In this document: in pieces, positions 1 to 8,342 of the stretch | Numbering within the stretch: the stretch's first letter is position 1 | Layout of the letters: every line of letters begins with the position of its first letter | Origin: a virus | Lineage: Duplodnaviria > Caudoviricetes | Strand: one strand, 5' to 3' | Length of the DNA: 64,000 bases | Virus record (IMG/VR): IMGVR_UViG_3300026274_000001 | Position numbers and translations under genes: made by a program | Notes under the pieces: generated by a model | Database searches by the model: none | What the model saw: the letters and a program-made list of their open reading frames with translations, nothing else | Told to the model about the DNA's origin: nothing

Positions 1-52
1 TGCGCAAACTGGTGGCCGGTGATAATATCGCTATCATTCTAAGAAAAACAAA

Positions 53-382
53 ATGAAAGTTCCAAAAGAATTAGCACCAACAGATATCCTATGGAAGGAA
101 ATTGCTTCGCTTGAATTGTTTCCATATCACTCTGATCGTATTCGAGTAGCAGTTGATAAAGGTTATTGCCCCATGGATCAATACGTGGACAGTATTTCGG
201 TTTGCGAAGAGTTGATGGCTGCTGGTCGAGATGTTGACGTGGAGATAGCTGATGCAGTGGCTGATCTGTTTGCCACCAGACTATCAACTTACGGGTTGGA
301 GTGCTTTGCTAATGCGTTTAAGAGGGTATATGACGCTGATGAAGCAGAACGACAGAAACGAATACTAGCAATGCAGAAATGA
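53..382 (+). CDS. hypothetical protein
   Basis: 109-aa ORF followed by a terminator; no motif recognised. Confidence 0.7.
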   Translation: MKVPKELAPTDILWKEIASLELFPYHSDRIRVAVDKGYCPMDQYVDSISVCEELMAAGRDVDVEIADAVADLFATRLSTYGLECFANAFKRVYDADEAERQKRILAMQK

Positions 383-384
383 AA

Positions 385-408
385 AAAGGGGAGCAATTGC
401 TCCCCTTT
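385..408. terminator. bidirectional intrinsic terminator
   Basis: perfect palindrome AAAGGGGAGCAATTGCTCCCCTTT between convergent genes. Confidence 0.8.
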
Positions 409-441
409 CCCTCATTCGGGTCAGAATGATGCGGCAGTGAT

Positions 442-696
442 TTACTTGAGAATCTTGAAGATTGACAAGAATTTAGCAATCATCTTGCTGAAAAAACCTG
501 ATGCCTTAACTTCAGCAACAACTGGTGCAACTTCAGCTTGAACTTCAGCAACAACTGGCTGCACTTCAGCAGTAACTTGAGCAACTACTGGCTGTACTTC
601 AGCAGTAACTTGCGCAACCACTGGCTGTACATCAGCCTTGATTTGTTCAATTGTAGGTGTAACAGTTTCAGCAACTTGCTTGACGATATCGTCCAT
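442..696 (-). CDS. small protein with 11-residue amphipathic repeats
   Basis: SD (AGGAG) on minus strand; (Q/A)PVVA(Q/E)V(T/Q/K)AEV-type repeats; basic/hydrophobic C-terminus. Confidence 0.75.
   Translation of the reverse strand: MDDIVKQVAETVTPTIEQIKADVQPVVAQVTAEVQPVVAQVTAEVQPVVAEVQAEVAPVVAEVKASGFFSKMIAKFLSIFKILK
512..636 (-). repeat. ~33-bp intragenic tandem repeats
   Basis: recurring CTTCAGCA..AAC and ACTGGCTG(T/C)AC units every 33 bp. Confidence 0.75.
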
Positions 697-970
697 ATTA
701 TTCTCCTAGGGATAACAAGAGAGCGGCCTAGCTCCCCAAGATATTTAGTCATGAATGTCGCACATTTATACCATCCTTTTAATTTGTAAGTATTTGTTAC
801 TCTTGGCGAACGTGCGTAAATACGCATTGACTGTGCAACCAAACTTGTGTCAACTGTGCAAACAGTCCAATAATTACCAAGTTACAAACGGTGCGTATAT
901 TTGAATAAGTTTAACAATAGCTTTTTCTAATTACGAAGACGCAAGTAGAACCGGTTAAGTTCGCAATCAT

Positions 971-1540
971 GTGAATATAAATATTCACATGAAAGCAAAT
1001 GAATTCGACCAACTTAGTATCAAGCAAACTATCATGGATCTCAAAGGCAACGGCTATGAAATCCTTGGACGTGGGGCAAGCGCAATTGTCCTCGGAAAGG
1101 ACAACAGTGATGTCGTGAAGATCGGTAGCCTGCGTGATGGATGGCTAACGTATGCTCGGGCTTGTGAAGGCCAGACAAATCCATACTTACCAAAGATTCA
1201 CAATCTTGAAATGATGGATGGCTATTATATGGCGGATATCGAGAGATTGCATCCGGTATCCGAATCATTCTTCAAGACCAAACTGTTCAAACAATTAGCG
1301 GCATACATGGTCGTATGTGGGGGATGGTCCAATGCTCGTTATGTTTATTTCAGTAAACTAACACCCATACAGATAAAGAGTTTGGCCAAAAGTTTGGTAG
1401 CAGAAAATACTGAACTGGTCGATGCATTGAAACTCATTATCAAACACAAAGGCGATCACGTCTACGACATTCATCCTGAAAACCTTATGAAGCGATCAGA
1501 TGGATCCTTGGTTATTAGCGATCCCCTAGCTTCACTCTAA
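971..1540 (+). CDS. protein kinase-like protein
   Basis: LGRGASAIV Gly-loop, VVK lysine, YDIHPENLM catalytic loop, ISDP metal-binding motif. Confidence 0.75.
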   Translation: MNINIHMKANEFDQLSIKQTIMDLKGNGYEILGRGASAIVLGKDNSDVVKIGSLRDGWLTYARACEGQTNPYLPKIHNLEMMDGYYMADIERLHPVSESFFKTKLFKQLAAYMVVCGGWSNARYVYFSKLTPIQIKSLAKSLVAENTELVDALKLIIKHKGDHVYDIHPENLMKRSDGSLVISDPLASL

Positions 1541-1544
1541 CATT

Positions 1545-1579
1545 TTGACGCGATTGCCATACGAGCATATCGTACGGCA
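1545..1579 (+). promoter_or_regulatory. sigma70-like promoter with -10-centred palindrome
   Basis: TTGACG-17-TATCGT; TGCCATACGA-gcata-TCGTACGGCA. Confidence 0.6.
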
Positions 1580-2649
1580 TGCGTAAACCCATCAATGTTC
1601 TAATCACCGGTGCTGCTGGCTTTATTGGTTCAGCACTTACTCACTACCTGGCGTATTTGGGCGGTTGTTATAAAATAACAGCCGTTGACAACGTTAGCTT
1701 TTCTGACCCTAGTTCAACTGCTCAGCTAGCCAAATTACGAGCCAAAACATATCTTGCTCCTGCAAGTGGTAACGTGACATATGACACTTGCGACATCACT
1801 ATACCTGAAGACGTTGAGCGAGTATTTTCATATGCTAACTTTGATGTCGTAGTTCATCTAGCCGCTAAAGCTGGTATCCGAGAATCACTCACTGATCCTT
1901 ATGCCTATGCCACCACGAACCTTGTGGGGTTCACCAATGTGATCGAAGCTGCCCGTAAAGCTAAAGTTAGACAGTTTATCTACGCATCATCCAGCAGTGT
2001 CTATGGTGCTGACAGCACATTACCGTTCTCTGAATCTGAACCAGCAAATAGCCCAATGAGTTTCTATGCCGCAACCAAACGGGCAAATGAAATGATGGCG
2101 TATAGCTATTCATCAGCACACAATCTGCATACAATCGGATTACGATTTTTTACAGTCTATGGTATGTTCAGTCGTTTAGACATGGCTCCATTTAAGTTTG
2201 CAGATGCTATTATCAATGAACGACCTATTGATGTTTACAATTACGGTAAGAATACTCGAGACTTCACTCATATATCGGAAGTGATACGATATATTGAATC
2301 TTCGTTTTATGAAATTCCTGATGACGATACTATTCCGGCAATCATCAAGAACGTTGGTAATGGTCAGCCGTATTCAGTATTAGAATTTATAGGTGATATT
2401 GAGCAGGCAGTGGGAAAGAAAGCGATTACAACCTTGATGCCACCACAAGTCGGTGATATGGAACATACCGCAGCATGCCAGAATGGCTTGAATGATCGAC
2501 AACGACATGTATTCGCTAGTAATGGGCTGTCACCTGAAGCCTATGTAAGTTGGAGAAGAGTGCAAATTCAACAGATGGTGAACTGGGTGAAATTATACCA
2601 ATCGTATAATAAGCCGCTCACACCAGCTGTCAATCTTCTGTTACAATAA
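1579..2649 (+). CDS. NAD-dependent epimerase/dehydratase (UDP-glucuronate 4-epimerase-like SDR)
   Basis: TGAAGFIG, HLAAKAGIR, YASSSSVYG, YAATK, GLRFFTVYG, RDFTHI motifs. Confidence 0.9.
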   Translation: MRKPINVLITGAAGFIGSALTHYLAYLGGCYKITAVDNVSFSDPSSTAQLAKLRAKTYLAPASGNVTYDTCDITIPEDVERVFSYANFDVVVHLAAKAGIRESLTDPYAYATTNLVGFTNVIEAARKAKVRQFIYASSSSVYGADSTLPFSESEPANSPMSFYAATKRANEMMAYSYSSAHNLHTIGLRFFTVYGMFSRLDMAPFKFADAIINERPIDVYNYGKNTRDFTHISEVIRYIESSFYEIPDDDTIPAIIKNVGNGQPYSVLEFIGDIEQAVGKKAITTLMPPQVGDMEHTAACQNGLNDRQRHVFASNGLSPEAYVSWRRVQIQQMVNWVKLYQSYNKPLTPAVNLLLQ

Positions 2650-2677
2650 TGGCAAGTAAATTACGGATCACCCACTA

Positions 2678-3067
2678 ATGTTTTTAATCCCACCAGACGC
2701 ATTGAAAGGCAACATCAACGAATATTACACCACTTATGGTGGTGATCGCGGTGAGCTATTGGGATACTTTCCATGTTCAAACACTGAAGACATTTGGTGT
2801 TCGTATTATACCGTGTTGTCTAATGACAAACTGCAACGATTCGCCCCGGTATTCTATATTGACGATATGCTATTTGATGGCGAACCACGGGATGCAGCGC
2901 CAGGTCCTGCTTTGTTTTTTATGGGATGTGACGACGGACACATGGGGATGAAATTCGTCAGTAAAGAAGAAGCAATTGACTGGATTAGATGGTGTCCATA
3001 TGTTGACTTCAATGCACTATATCAAGCGTACAGCGAACACAAAATAGATCTTTATTTCCATAATTGA
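2678..3067 (+). CDS. hypothetical protein
   Basis: ORF in co-oriented block. Confidence 0.7.
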   Translation: MFLIPPDALKGNINEYYTTYGGDRGELLGYFPCSNTEDIWCSYYTVLSNDKLQRFAPVFYIDDMLFDGEPRDAAPGPALFFMGCDDGHMGMKFVSKEEAIDWIRWCPYVDFNALYQAYSEHKIDLYFHN

Positions 3068-3068
3068 T

Positions 3069-3269
3069 ATGAATTTCCCAGCTCCAAATCCCAACCCTGA
3101 TATGACCGAAGTAATCGTCAGGGCTGAAGAATGGTTAAAGCATCGAATCGTAGGTGAAATGGATTCGAGTGCTGAAGTAATGATATTTGGGCCATTGATA
3201 CAAGCCATTTATGGGAAAGATATCTTTGATAGACTTAATGCAATCGAGATCAAGAGTAAGGCTAAGTGA
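3069..3269 (+). CDS. hypothetical protein
   Basis: ORF abutting previous gene. Confidence 0.6.
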   Translation: MNFPAPNPNPDMTEVIVRAEEWLKHRIVGEMDSSAEVMIFGPLIQAIYGKDIFDRLNAIEIKSKAK

Positions 3270-3750
3270 TCTGTATGTATTTCTTAATCTTAGCCATGCT
3301 TGCTGAATCGTTCAATACACCCTGAAGGCCAAAGTGTAAGGGTGATGGTAGCTGGTCAAGCTTGAACCAATCTGCTCGTTCTGTTTCCCAATCCAAACGC
3401 GGTGTAAACTCATTATCAACTATAGCCAAATAGTTGAAATATCGAAATGTGCCTGACTTGAATATGAATAACGGTTCAAGCTCAAAGTGTCCATGATACC
3501 CCGCCTCTTCGCTTACTTCCCTGCGTACTGCAACGGTAGGTGTCTCGTTTTCATCAATAGCCCCTCCCCAAGTACCCCACGTATGCGGTTGTTCAACCTG
3601 TACCGAACGTAGGGGAAGTAAGATTCGCCCCGTATCTCTAGCTAGTATGATACAACCAGCACCAGCACGACCCCAGAAGCCTGTGTCATCGAGAGCTTTT
3701 GCATGTTCTTCGTCGTTCTCGTACAAATTTACAATTTGATGATATCGCAT
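3262..3750 (-). CDS. Nudix hydrolase
   Basis: Nudix box GGAIDENETPTVAVRREVSEEAG. Confidence 0.9.
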   Translation of the reverse strand: MRYHQIVNLYENDEEHAKALDDTGFWGRAGAGCIILARDTGRILLPLRSVQVEQPHTWGTWGGAIDENETPTVAVRREVSEEAGYHGHFELEPLFIFKSGTFRYFNYLAIVDNEFTPRLDWETERADWFKLDQLPSPLHFGLQGVLNDSASMAKIKKYIQIT

Positions 3751-3837
3751 AATATTCCTAATTTACGCAATATTTATGTAATATTTGACCGTGGTATATT
3801 CATGCAAATACAGCCAGTTTGAGTGTAGAATATTAGC

Positions 3838-4077
3838 ATGTTCAAAAAGCTTCTTAAACATTTTTCCGATAACTCATTCCTAGAAAAAGATCTGATCGTC
3901 AATCAGCATCGTTATGCATTCAATGAATGGAGCGAATGGTTTGCCTGGTACCCGGTAATTCACAATGACGAACTATATTGGTTTCGACGAATTTATCGTC
4001 GATCGGTGTTCATCAAAGTTATCGACATAACTACACATCAATATACTACTCTTATGGAATTCTTGGCACAATCATGA
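3838..4077 (+). CDS. small Trp-rich protein (WFAWYPV family) copy 1
   Basis: WSEWFAWYPV...YWFRRIYRR. Confidence 0.75.
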   Translation: MFKKLLKHFSDNSFLEKDLIVNQHRYAFNEWSEWFAWYPVIHNDELYWFRRIYRRSVFIKVIDITTHQYTTLMEFLAQS

Positions 4078-4274
4078 CTAAACCCCAACCCATACAAGCT
4101 TTTCCATTTACTCATTATGGTGAATGGAAAGAAGTACGTGCGTGGAAGTCAATTATGATTAATGATGAGAAATATTGGCTAAAGAAAGTGTGGAGACGCT
4201 TTGTTTACAACTCAGATGTTGGATCATATTGGGAATATGTTACAGAGGCGGAGTACCTGGCAATTAAATCGTAG
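4074..4274 (+). CDS. small Trp-rich protein copy 2
   Basis: ATGA overlap start; WKEVRAWKSI...YWLKKVWRR. Confidence 0.7.
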   Translation: MTKPQPIQAFPFTHYGEWKEVRAWKSIMINDEKYWLKKVWRRFVYNSDVGSYWEYVTEAEYLAIKS

Positions 4275-4368
4275 CCAGTTAATATTAAGCTTGACAGCAT
4301 TATCAGTAGGTAGTTCAATGCGAACTACACAACTGACCTTTCACCATTAGGGTGACAAATCGAATTCT

Positions 4369-4551
4369 ATGCCAAAAAATACTGAATGGACAACATGGCG
4401 AGAATGGTTTGCCTGGTACCCCGTACGATATAACGGTAAGCATATTTGGATGTCTACCATATATCGTCGTACCCGTAAGGTGCATGGTCGTGAAGGTATT
4501 TGGACCCAAAAAGAATATATCACTCTCCATGACTACCTCAAAAACAAATAA
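4369..4551 (+). CDS. small Trp-rich protein copy 3
   Basis: WREWFAWYPV...IWMSTIYRR. Confidence 0.75.
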   Translation: MPKNTEWTTWREWFAWYPVRYNGKHIWMSTIYRRTRKVHGREGIWTQKEYITLHDYLKNK

Positions 4552-4573
4552 GCCCCGTTGTAAGTTTTCAACA

Positions 4574-4756
4574 ATGACCGATTTCCATTCGGGTAATTGG
4601 GAACCCTTTTTCCCTAAATGGTTCCCAAGGCAATCAGAAGACGGTACGTGGTTTTGGCGTATTCATATTTTTCGTAGACCCTGGTGGGACGACTACCTGG
4701 AAGAAGGTCCGATATATGAATATGCAGAAGAACCGTACGGCACTCAAACTCAGTAA
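4574..4756 (+). CDS. small Trp-rich protein copy 4
   Basis: WEPFFPKWFP...WFWRIHIFRR; start re-called downstream of copy 3. Confidence 0.65.
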   Translation: MTDFHSGNWEPFFPKWFPRQSEDGTWFWRIHIFRRPWWDDYLEEGPIYEYAEEPYGTQTQ

Positions 4757-5042
4757 CGACTTGTAATATTAATTTAGGAGAATATCTTCAAAGACATCCT
4801 TCCAGGCAGAATTAGACACTCCTATACGGAGTGGAAAGAGGTTTACCTTGAGAAACCGATTCAATATCGTGGTGAAACTTTGTGTCATGAAATGATATGG
4901 CACAGAGAGCATCGAATGATTGATAATTGCACAGTTACGATAGATGAATATTGGAATGTAGCCGATAAGTTGGCAGAACTTGAACCAGTATGTATTATGA
5001 GAAATTTGCAATTCATCTAAAACGAGTGTATAAATAAGATTA

Positions 5043-5065
5043 CAGTAAGCGATAGACGCGAACTG
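5043..5065 (+). promoter_or_regulatory. GATAGAC-loop 5' UTR hairpin, copy 1
   Basis: CAGT-AA-GC-GATAGAC-GC-GA-ACTG; loop ends 27 nt before ATG 5085. Confidence 0.6.
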
Positions 5066-5084
5066 ACAAATTAACATAGGAACT

Positions 5085-5492
5085 ATGTTAGCCATGACAA
5101 ACCTCTCCCGCTGGAACGCAGACTACGATCGATTCATCAATTCTTACAACGGCAAATCGCTGTTGAAAAGCCACGACTTGGCCGAAGTTGGTATTTGGTT
5201 GGTTCGCCCTGAAGAATGTGATCAAGGTGACGGTCGTCGCATCTACGGCCAACCTGATGTTGGCACTTTCGAAGGTGTACTTGAAGACATCATCCGTTAC
5301 GTCGTTCGCAAATCTGAATTCATCAACAATGCCGGCTGCGGTACCATCAGTAAAGTAAAAGAAAAAACTCAACACGATTTGGCATTGCCAGTCTATAATG
5401 CGCAAATAGCAGATAAGAAACGTCTGCTCCGTATTAGAGACGAGCTTAGCCAAATGCTAGTTGATTTGGATGAGCGTATATCAAAACTGTAG
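5085..5492 (+). CDS. hypothetical protein, paralog A
   Basis: SD AGGAAC; shares YxRFINxYxG..HxLxExGIW..QPDxGxFEG with next gene; coiled-coil C-terminus. Confidence 0.8.
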   Translation: MLAMTNLSRWNADYDRFINSYNGKSLLKSHDLAEVGIWLVRPEECDQGDGRRIYGQPDVGTFEGVLEDIIRYVVRKSEFINNAGCGTISKVKEKTQHDLALPVYNAQIADKKRLLRIRDELSQMLVDLDERISKL

Positions 5493-5501
5493 TAACCGAT
5501 T

Positions 5502-5514
5502 GCGGATAGACCGC
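5502..5514 (+). promoter_or_regulatory. GATAGAC-loop 5' UTR hairpin, copy 2
   Basis: GCG-GATAGAC-CGC upstream of SD AGGAAT. Confidence 0.6.
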
Positions 5515-5543
5515 TTTTGTGGTAAGCATAGGAATTATGTGTA

Positions 5544-5942
5544 ATGAGTAAGTCACTAAAAGATAGTCAAAAAGACTACGAACGTTTCATTAACTGTTAT
5601 TCAGGCCGAGAATTATTGGCGACTCATTCCTTGAGTGAAACTGGTATTTGGCAAGTATTTGGTGAAGATCCAAATTGCGATATGCAAGGGTCACACGTAC
5701 AGCCAGACTTGGGATTGTTTGAGGGTAAGCTGGATGACGTTATCCGTGAAGCAGTCAGTCTTAGTAATTTTTGGCAATGGGGTAGCGGCGGTCGTATTGT
5801 GAAAAAGACTACCCCAGTAGTAAAGAAAGTAAAGACTCAAACTGAACGTATGTCAGCTGAGTATGAAGAGCTTGTAGCAATGAAGGCCGAATTAAAAGCA
5901 GCACTGGCAAAAGTTGATGCAAAAATGAATCAAATCAAATAA
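5544..5942 (+). CDS. hypothetical protein, paralog B
   Basis: clear similarity to 5085..5492. Confidence 0.8.
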   Translation: MSKSLKDSQKDYERFINCYSGRELLATHSLSETGIWQVFGEDPNCDMQGSHVQPDLGLFEGKLDDVIREAVSLSNFWQWGSGGRIVKKTTPVVKKVKTQTERMSAEYEELVAMKAELKAALAKVDAKMNQIK

Positions 5943-5945
5943 CAA

Positions 5946-5968
5946 CGAACGCCGATAGACGGCATTCG
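5946..5968 (+). promoter_or_regulatory. GATAGAC-loop 5' UTR hairpin, copy 3
   Basis: CGAA-C-GCC-GATAGAC-GGC-A-TTCG; loop ends 27 nt before ATG 5988. Confidence 0.65.
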
Positions 5969-5987
5969 ATTTAACTTCATAGGAACT

Positions 5988-7100
5988 ATGATGACAAACA
6001 TTATTACCCCAGCATCGCAACGAACCGACACAATCAACTTCATCCTGCGTGGGCAACCACAGCACATCGCGCATGAAAAGACCTTTCACGAAGCTGCTAA
6101 GCAATGCGGCACGCTGAACCTCATTTACGGTTGCGCAAACCAACCGCGCGATGATGCAGATCCCTTTTACCAAGAAGAACGTATTGAAGTCGGTAAGCGT
6201 ATTACTGCCAACTTCAAGCAAAAATACAACTGCGACGTGAATTTCCTGTCGGTCGAGAACAGCATCTACAACAATACCCAATGGGGTAACTGGGTTGCAG
6301 AAGCTGTTGCACCGTATGCACACGGTAAGGTAAAGCTGATCGGCCACAACAAGGACGATACTAGCTTCTATCTCAACATGTTCCCGCAATGGGGCGAACC
6401 TATCCTGCTGCCGCAATTCGACGTTCTGGATGCGAGCACAATTCGCAACCTGTACTTCAGCAAGAAAAACAACCTCGACTTCTTCCGTCATGTTTGCCCT
6501 GATGCGACTATCAGCTTCTTGGAAGAGTTCATGCACACTGAGGCTTACGACTACATTGTCGAAGAAGCCAACTACATCAAGAAGTACCGAGAACAAACCC
6601 GTGCTGGTCAAAAGTATGCACCTACGTTCCAAACGGGCGACGCAATTGTTATCAAGTCTAATCACGTTCTGATGATTCAACGCCGTTCCCAACCAGGCAA
6701 GGATCTGTGGGCATTCCCTGGTGGCTTCCTGCGTTCAGAAGATGAAATGGTCAATGGTGAATTGAAGAAGGCTGATCTTGACGTTGTCGATACTGCTCTT
6801 CGTGAACTTACGGAAGAAACTCGTATCAAGCTTCCGCCAGCACTGTTGCGTGGTAGCATTCGTGCTGAAAAGCGCTTTATGCACCCGAAGCGTTCCCGTC
6901 GTGGTCGCGTGACTACCACTGCGCAATTGATCGTTTTAGATGATTCGGAATATAAGGGTTTCCCGAAGGTCAAGGCGCGCGATGATGCAAAGCAAGCTGA
7001 ATGGGTTCACATGAACGACGTAAAGCGTCGTGAGTCCTTCGAGGACCACTTCGATATGCTGCTCTGGGCAAGGGCAATGACTTCTGACGTTCGACTTTAA
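5988..7100 (+). CDS. nadM: bifunctional NMN adenylyltransferase / ADP-ribose pyrophosphatase (NadM-Nudix)
   Basis: N-terminal RGQPQHIAH (HIGH-like), LIGHNKDDTSFYLNMFPQW, DASTIR; C-terminal WAFPGGF..TALRELTEET, DDAKQAEW, FEDHFDM. Confidence 0.92.
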   Translation: MMTNIITPASQRTDTINFILRGQPQHIAHEKTFHEAAKQCGTLNLIYGCANQPRDDADPFYQEERIEVGKRITANFKQKYNCDVNFLSVENSIYNNTQWGNWVAEAVAPYAHGKVKLIGHNKDDTSFYLNMFPQWGEPILLPQFDVLDASTIRNLYFSKKNNLDFFRHVCPDATISFLEEFMHTEAYDYIVEEANYIKKYREQTRAGQKYAPTFQTGDAIVIKSNHVLMIQRRSQPGKDLWAFPGGFLRSEDEMVNGELKKADLDVVDTALRELTEETRIKLPPALLRGSIRAEKRFMHPKRSRRGRVTTTAQLIVLDDSEYKGFPKVKARDDAKQAEWVHMNDVKRRESFEDHFDMLLWARAMTSDVRL

Positions 7101-7170
7101 AGCTTGCGAATGATCCCACACCCTGATAGATGGATCAACTGTGGATCGGGGATCGCAAAGAGGAGACAAA

Positions 7171-7350
7171 ATGGATGATTTACAATACATGACACGTCGC
7201 AACAATCTGCTGAGTGAGCGAGAACGTGCGCAACATGATCTTGATCGTATTAATCGCCGTATCGAAGAATTGGATACCGAAAAACGCGTTCAAGATAGGC
7301 AAGAAATGGTTATTTTGATGAAGAACACAAACCTCGCTCAAATTAAGTAA
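7171..7350 (+). CDS. small coiled-coil protein
   Basis: SD GAGGAG before ATG 7171. Confidence 0.65.
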   Translation: MDDLQYMTRRNNLLSERERAQHDLDRINRRIEELDTEKRVQDRQEMVILMKNTNLAQIK

Positions 7351-7400
7351 ATTTTGCGAACTGGCACAGAAATGTTATAACCATATCTACTGTAATTACT

Positions 7401-7808
7401 ATGGTAGATATGGATGCAATGAAGAATAACAAACTCGTATTGGATGAAGACCTGAAGGAAGTGTTGCAGTATCCGCAAGTTCGTAAAGTAACTGAGCGCT
7501 TGCAACAACGGTTAGAAGCCAAAGCAGAACGTAAAGGAAAAACCATGAAGGGCACAGTTGCAGAACTTAAAAAGATGCTCAACAACATGAATGACCAAGA
7601 TCTAGTTGTTACGCCTTTTGGGCGAGAGCGAGATCAAGTCACTCAAGCTGTACCAACAATTATTGAAGTGCTTGCTTTTGGTAAGAAGCGTGTCTTTAAT
7701 GAAGAACTGTTGGAATGGAATGGCGATCCGCGTGAATATGGATATCCTGACATGAAAGCCCTACAGGCTGACGGTGGTAAAATTGTAAAGGCAATTGTAT
7801 TACGATGA
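7401..7808 (+). CDS. hypothetical protein
   Basis: ORF after AT-rich promoter-like region. Confidence 0.7.
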   Translation: MVDMDAMKNNKLVLDEDLKEVLQYPQVRKVTERLQQRLEAKAERKGKTMKGTVAELKKMLNNMNDQDLVVTPFGRERDQVTQAVPTIIEVLAFGKKRVFNEELLEWNGDPREYGYPDMKALQADGGKIVKAIVLR

Positions 7809-8230
7809 AAGTAAAAACATTAGAACAGCATCGCCAAGCACTTGAAGATCTCAGTAACGGGCGAGACACTGGTCATCGATTGTTTGCAGTCTTTGATGCA
7901 AGAATTAAGAATATATCACTTGAAGAAGCACTTGAACGAACGGCAGTCGCGGTTAAGAATTCAGTAGACCTTTTGGTGCGTGATATTAAAGATGGTGTTG
8001 ATACCGCACTAATGATGGACATACTTGACGATGCTCGCAATTTATTGGTTGACTTAGCAAAAGAATATAATAAGCCACCCGTCGAATTTAAATTAGCACC
8101 TTGTAAAAATATTCCGCTTTCAGAAGAAGCAAAAAGATTGCAACACAACTATGTGGCCCAGAAAACGCAACGGGCTGATCGATTGAAAGACCTAGTTGCA
8201 AAGAATAGAGTTGGTTTTACTATGCTTTAA
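7805..8230 (+). CDS. hypothetical protein
   Basis: ATGA overlap with previous gene. Confidence 0.7.
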   Translation: MKVKTLEQHRQALEDLSNGRDTGHRLFAVFDARIKNISLEEALERTAVAVKNSVDLLVRDIKDGVDTALMMDILDDARNLLVDLAKEYNKPPVEFKLAPCKNIPLSEEAKRLQHNYVAQKTQRADRLKDLVAKNRVGFTML

Positions 8231-8243
8231 CCATATTTGGTGC

Positions 8244-8279
8244 TTGCACCAAATACTGGCAATGTTATAATTTGCCAGT
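8244..8279 (+). promoter_or_regulatory. sigma70-like promoter of NAMPT with inverted repeat around -10
   Basis: TTGCAC-16-TATAAT; ACTGGCAA-9-TTGCCAGT. Confidence 0.65.
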
Positions 8280-8295
8280 GTAGTATTAAACCCAA

Positions 8296-8319
8296 GTCCT
8301 CGAGATAGACTTGAGGCAC
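8296..8319 (+). promoter_or_regulatory. GATAGAC-loop 5' UTR hairpin, copy 4
   Basis: GT-CCTCGA-GATAGAC-TTGAGG-C-AC; loop ends 32 nt before ATG 8343. Confidence 0.65.
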
Positions 8320-8342
8320 ATTAACTTGATAAGGAATTTATC

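Noticed and set aside
707-717. TAGGGATAACA, the first 11 nt of the I-SceI site
   Set aside because: The rest of the 18-bp site does not match and it overlaps the SD of the minus-strand gene; coincidence.
3228-3234. Fifth exact GATAGAC
   Set aside because: Inside a CDS with no flanking stem; not a member of the UTR hairpin family.
4769-5095. 108-aa minus-strand ORF
   Set aside because: Overlaps the promoter/UTR hairpin and start of 5085; no SD; only a shorter internal ORF could be real and I cannot support it.
5892-6692. 266-aa antisense ORF over nadM (also 24363-25004 and 37466-38224)
   Set aside because: Overlaps well-supported + strand genes; protein sequences look non-native.
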